A stretch of DNA of 64,000 nucleotides, taken from positions 3,855-67,854 of the forward strand of contig JBAXLI010000009.1 in the NCBI GenBank assembly GCA_037134895.1, read 5' to 3'. Under the pieces are notes generated by a model. The model worked only from the letters and a program-made list of their open reading frames with translations. It did not search any database and had not been told where the DNA came from. The stretch's first letter is position 1, and each line of letters begins with the position of its first letter. Positions 60,722 through 64,000 of this stretch are shown here, one piece after another. The translations under genes were made by a program, and so were the position numbers. Origin of the DNA: Bacteroidota bacterium. Lineage in GTDB: Bacteria > Bacteroidota > Bacteroidia > Bacteroidales > FEN-979.

Positions 60722-61621
60722 ATGAGGCTGAAAAATAAAATCATCGGTGGCGCCATCACTTCTGCTTCTGCCCTTTCGGTCATATTGATCATTGGGATCA
60801 TTATCGTGATCCTGGTGGTCACAATAATCGGAGGAAAAGATACTCTTTCCTGGAAATTCCTCACTTCATTCCCCGAAGAAGGGATGATGAAAGGTGGCAT
60901 CTTTCCTGCAATATACGGCACCGCCCTGTTGGTGATCATCATGTCAATAGCGGCTGTACCCTTCGGGACTATCACTGCTCTTTATCTGTCAGAATATGCC
61001 CATGAGAAATCCTGGCTTGCTCAAACAATCAGGTTTGCAGTGAGGACTCTCGCAACTGTTCCTTCGATTATTTTCGGATTGTTTGGCCTTGGGTTTTTTG
61101 TCAAGTTTGTCGGGGTTGGAATGGATAACTGGTTTACAGGAGGTCAGCTTAAATGGGCGCAGCCAAACTTGTTATGGGGGAGTCTCACCATGGCACTGCT
61201 TACACTTCCTGTTGTTATAGTTTCGGTTGAAGAGGCGATCAGAACAGTCCCCAGGGAACTACGTGAAGCAAGCCTTGCATTGGGGGCGACAAAATGGCAA
61301 ACGATAAAAAAAGTAGTTATCCCGGGCTCCATTTCCGGTATAATGACAGGGACTATTCTGGCTGTCAGCAGGGGAGCAGGAGAAGTTGCACCTATACTTT
61401 TTACAGGAGCAGCGTATTACCTGGCCACCTTGCCCACTTCAGTTTCCGACCAGTTTATGAATCTCGGATACCATATTTACGTTATGTCAACACAATCTTC
61501 GAACGTAGACCAGACATTGCCCATCCAGTTTGCAACAACCCTTGTACTGTTAATGCTCACTTTTACCCTTAACCTTACGGCTGTACTTATCAGGTCAAGC
61601 CTGAGGAGAAGAGTGAAATGA
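60722..61621 (+). CDS. pstA: Phosphate ABC transporter permease PstA
   Basis: 299 aa. It has GGIFPAIYGT and EEAIRTVPRELREASLALGATKWQTI. It starts 1 nt after the pstC stop. Confidence 0.9.
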   Translation: MRLKNKIIGGAITSASALSVILIIGIIIVILVVTIIGGKDTLSWKFLTSFPEEGMMKGGIFPAIYGTALLVIIMSIAAVPFGTITALYLSEYAHEKSWLAQTIRFAVRTLATVPSIIFGLFGLGFFVKFVGVGMDNWFTGGQLKWAQPNLLWGSLTMALLTLPVVIVSVEEAIRTVPRELREASLALGATKWQTIKKVVIPGSISGIMTGTILAVSRGAGEVAPILFTGAAYYLATLPTSVSDQFMNLGYHIYVMSTQSSNVDQTLPIQFATTLVLLMLTFTLNLTAVLIRSSLRRRVK

Positions 61622-61629
61622 ATTGAACT

Positions 61630-62388
61630 ATGAAAGAATCAAAAATTATTACCAGGGAGCTTACCCTGCATTACGGCCAGAAGATGGCTCTTAATTCAAT
61701 CAACATGCAGATTCCTGAAAAGGAAGTTACTGCATTTATAGGCCCTTCAGGCTGCGGTAAATCGACCTTCCTGAGGTGCCTGAACCGTATGAATGACCTT
61801 ATCCCCAGCGTAAAGATCACCGGGGAGATCCTGATTGACGGATTAAACATCTACCAGAAAAAAATAGATGTTGTGAATCTCAGGAAAAAAATCGGGATGG
61901 TATTTCAGAAATCCAATCCGTTTGCAAAATCAATTTTCGAAAATATTGCATACGGGCCCAGGATCAATGGCATTAATAATATGAAAGTCCTTACCGAGAT
62001 TGTGGAAAGGTCCTTAAAAAATGCTGCAATATGGGATGAGGTCAAAGACAGGATGCATGATTCGGCCCTCGGATTGTCGGGAGGACAACAGCAGCGCCTT
62101 TGCATTGCCCGCACACTGGCTGTTGAGCCGGAGATCATTCTTATGGATGAGCCCGCAAGCGCACTCGATCCTATATCCACAGGGAAAATTGAAGAATTAA
62201 TTTTCGAGTTGAAAAAGAATTATACGATCGTGATCGTTACTCATAATATGCAGCAGGCTGCCCGTGTCAGCGATTACACTGCATTTTTCTATCTTGGTGA
62301 ACTTATTGAACATGGGAAGACAAGGAAGATCTTCACTGCTCCTGATAAAAAACAAACAGAGGAATACATCACCGGGAGATTTGGTTGA
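61630..62388 (+). CDS. pstB: Phosphate ABC transporter ATP-binding protein
   Basis: Walker A is GPSGCGKST, the ABC signature is LSGGQQQRL, and Walker B is ILMDEP. The length of 252 aa is typical of PstB. Confidence 0.95.
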   Translation: MKESKIITRELTLHYGQKMALNSINMQIPEKEVTAFIGPSGCGKSTFLRCLNRMNDLIPSVKITGEILIDGLNIYQKKIDVVNLRKKIGMVFQKSNPFAKSIFENIAYGPRINGINNMKVLTEIVERSLKNAAIWDEVKDRMHDSALGLSGGQQQRLCIARTLAVEPEIILMDEPASALDPISTGKIEELIFELKKNYTIVIVTHNMQQAARVSDYTAFFYLGELIEHGKTRKIFTAPDKKQTEEYITGRFG

Positions 62389-62427
62389 TGAACCTGAAAT
62401 TAAGCGTGAATTCATAAAAAAAGAACA

Positions 62428-63189
62428 ATGGAACGTCATTTTGAACTCGAATTGGAAAAGCTCAACAAACGTATTATAAAGATGGGCAACCTGGTTGCCG
62501 AACAGGTACACAATGCCTTTGACGCCCTGCTCAGGGGGGATGTTGAACTAGCCGAAAAGATCATTGAGAATGACCGGCTGGTTGACAAGCTGGATACCAA
62601 GATTGATAAATTATGCCAGAGGATATTCGCCCTCACACAGCCTGTTGCCACAGACCTGAGGCTTATCATGGCAGCCCTCAGAATGAATAATGACCTTGAA
62701 AGGATGGGCGATCATGCGGTGACTATTGCCCAGAAAAGTGAAGGAGTGAGCGAATACAGGGAAATCATAAACGAGCTTCATATTGATGAACTCGTCAGGA
62801 TGACCGATATGATAGTCAATGACGTTATCACTTTGCTGAACACCAGGAACATAGCATTTGTCAAGGATGTTTTTGAACTTGCAGTTTCTATCGAAGAAAA
62901 GGTGACTGCTACGGAGACAAGGATCATCGAAGAGATGATGCATAAAACCGAAGTGATCGTAGTTGCTACCAACCTCATCGTGATCCTTACAGCAATTGAC
63001 AGGCTGGCAGGGTATTCCACCAATATCGCCGAATCGGTTGTGTTTATTGTCGATGGCAGGATCATCAAGCATAAGAAGAAATCTTTCGAAGCCTCCCTCT
63101 CAGCTGAAGCCGGGAATGGTAACGATTCTAAAACGCCTGAACGCGATAGTCAACCACCTATTTCTGAAGCCACACCCTCAGAAGGCTGA
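62428..63189 (+). CDS. phoU: Phosphate signalling complex protein PhoU (with a ~35-aa low-complexity C-terminal extension)
   Basis: There are two PhoU repeats: D..VD.L...I ... DLERMGDHA, and a second with IDRLAGYSTNIAE. The tail KKKSFEASLSAEAGNGNDSKTPERDSQPPISEATPSEG is extra. Confidence 0.9.
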   Translation: MERHFELELEKLNKRIIKMGNLVAEQVHNAFDALLRGDVELAEKIIENDRLVDKLDTKIDKLCQRIFALTQPVATDLRLIMAALRMNNDLERMGDHAVTIAQKSEGVSEYREIINELHIDELVRMTDMIVNDVITLLNTRNIAFVKDVFELAVSIEEKVTATETRIIEEMMHKTEVIVVATNLIVILTAIDRLAGYSTNIAESVVFIVDGRIIKHKKKSFEASLSAEAGNGNDSKTPERDSQPPISEATPSEG

Positions 63190-64000
63190 GAAGTTTTTCG
63201 GTCTGAACCGGCTTTGACATATAATCATTCGCCCCGGCATCAATACACTTTTCCCGATCGCCTTTCATAGCCTTGGCTGTTAAAGCGATGATAGGCAGAA
63301 AGGCGTATTTTTCTTCTTTCCTGATCTCCCTCATTGCGGTATAGCCGTCCATCTCGGGCATCATGATATCCATTATGATAAGGCTGGTATCGGGGTTCTG
63401 ATGCAATTTTTCAATGCCTTCCCTGCCTGTGCGGCCAACGACAATATTCACATTCTTTTCCTGGAGGATCTTCGAAAGCACGTATACGTTCCGCATATCA
63501 TCATCCACCACCAGAATCTTCTTTCCCTTGAATACAGTGTCGGGAAGGAAGCCCTGGCTTTCATGGTGAGGCTCTTCTTCGGCAGGAGGAACATCCTTTT
63601 TAACCGCAGGATGTTTTTTCGTTACCAGCTGATCAGAGTCATTATTCCCGCCTTCGCCTTCAGCAGGACCAGGATATTTCGAAGGGATATAAATAGTAAA
63701 TGTACTGCCTTCCCCTACCTTGCTGTTCATGCGGATCTCACCACCGAGCAAACGGGCAAGGCTGCGGGAAATGGTGAGCCCAAGCCCGGTACCTCCGAAC
63801 CTCCTGCTTACAGTACCGTCGGCCTGCTGAAACGCCTCAAAAATCGCATGCTTCTTGTCATCCGGGATGCCGATGCCTGTATCGGTAACCCTGATGGCAA
63901 TGATATTCCCGGTTTTCAGGGCCAGGTTATTGAATCTCACCCCCTCTTCGGCCTTTGCAATAGTAAGGGTGACACTGCCCTGTTCTGTGAATTTGATCGC
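63158..64000 (-). CDS. Hybrid sensor histidine kinase/response regulator, C-terminal part (N-terminus beyond the window edge)
   Basis: HATPase_c has DTGIGIP, GGTGLGLTISR and GEGSTFTIYIP. After a linker, the REC domain has KILVVDDDMRNV, LIIMDIMMPEMDG and LTAKAM. The frame stays open upstream of the track start (63940) to position 64000. Its 3' end overlaps the phoU 3' end by 32 nt (convergent). Confidence 0.8.
   Translation of the reverse strand, partial: AIKFTEQGSVTLTIAKAEEGVRFNNLALKTGNIIAIRVTDTGIGIPDDKKHAIFEAFQQADGTVSRRFGGTGLGLTISRSLARLLGGEIRMNSKVGEGSTFTIYIPSKYPGPAEGEGGNNDSDQLVTKKHPAVKKDVPPAEEEPHHESQGFLPDTVFKGKKILVVDDDMRNVYVLSKILQEKNVNIVVGRTGREGIEKLHQNPDTSLIIMDIMMPEMDGYTAMREIRKEEKYAFLPIIALTAKAMKGDREKCIDAGANDYMSKPVQTEKLLSLLRVWLQK

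Noticed and set aside
63158-63189. 32-nt overlap of the convergent 3' ends of phoU and the hybrid kinase
   Set aside because: It is probably a consequence of the low-complexity phoU tail extension. Convergent overlaps of this size are common, and there is no extra structure to interpret.

Overview
The window looks like a chromosomal segment of a Bacteroidota bacterium. Supporting signs are several T9SS-type C-terminal sorting domains, FISUMP and LruC domain proteins, periplasmic-TPR sensors, and TAnnTTTG -7 boxes in front of many genes. I count about 56 credible protein genes and one tRNA (anticodon CAT). I saw no rRNA, CRISPR array, transposase or integrase. Layout by region: (1) 0-11 kb is housekeeping: partial Wza-like exporter, miaB, topA, a ureohydrolase-like gene, ruvC, a flippase-like gene plus GT2, ispD, queA, HAD, tRNA. 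(2) 11-38 kb holds accessory envelope or secreted proteins and sensors: C45-like hydrolase, TPR sensors, LruC, T9SS cargo including a cysteine peptidase and a BNR propeller, a hybrid kinase-ALDH-STAS trio, TPR-AraC, PBP4, YiiX-like, FISUMP. (3) 38.8-48.6 kb is an eight-gene, tightly spaced, co-directional operon in which I recognise no functional family. It encodes two polytopic membrane proteins (one LamG-SH3-TM-zinc ribbon), a cytosolic 5-repeat protein fused to a gutted CbbX/SpoVK-type AAA+ remnant, a putative OM beta-barrel, and four signal-peptide proteins. This is my top candidate for an undescribed trans-envelope system. (4) 48.6-50.6 kb has START-like and LamG proteins. (5) 50.8-54.4 kb is an unknown-CHAD-CopA operon. 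(6) 54.4-56.8 kb is a TPR-PAS kinase. (7) 56.9-63.2 kb is porin-pstSCAB-phoU, preceded by 11-bp-phased direct repeats. (8) A partial hybrid kinase sits at the right edge. Three unrelated intergenic regions also carry tracts with strict 7-nt periodicity. All functional calls come from motif recognition in the supplied translations; no database search was run.
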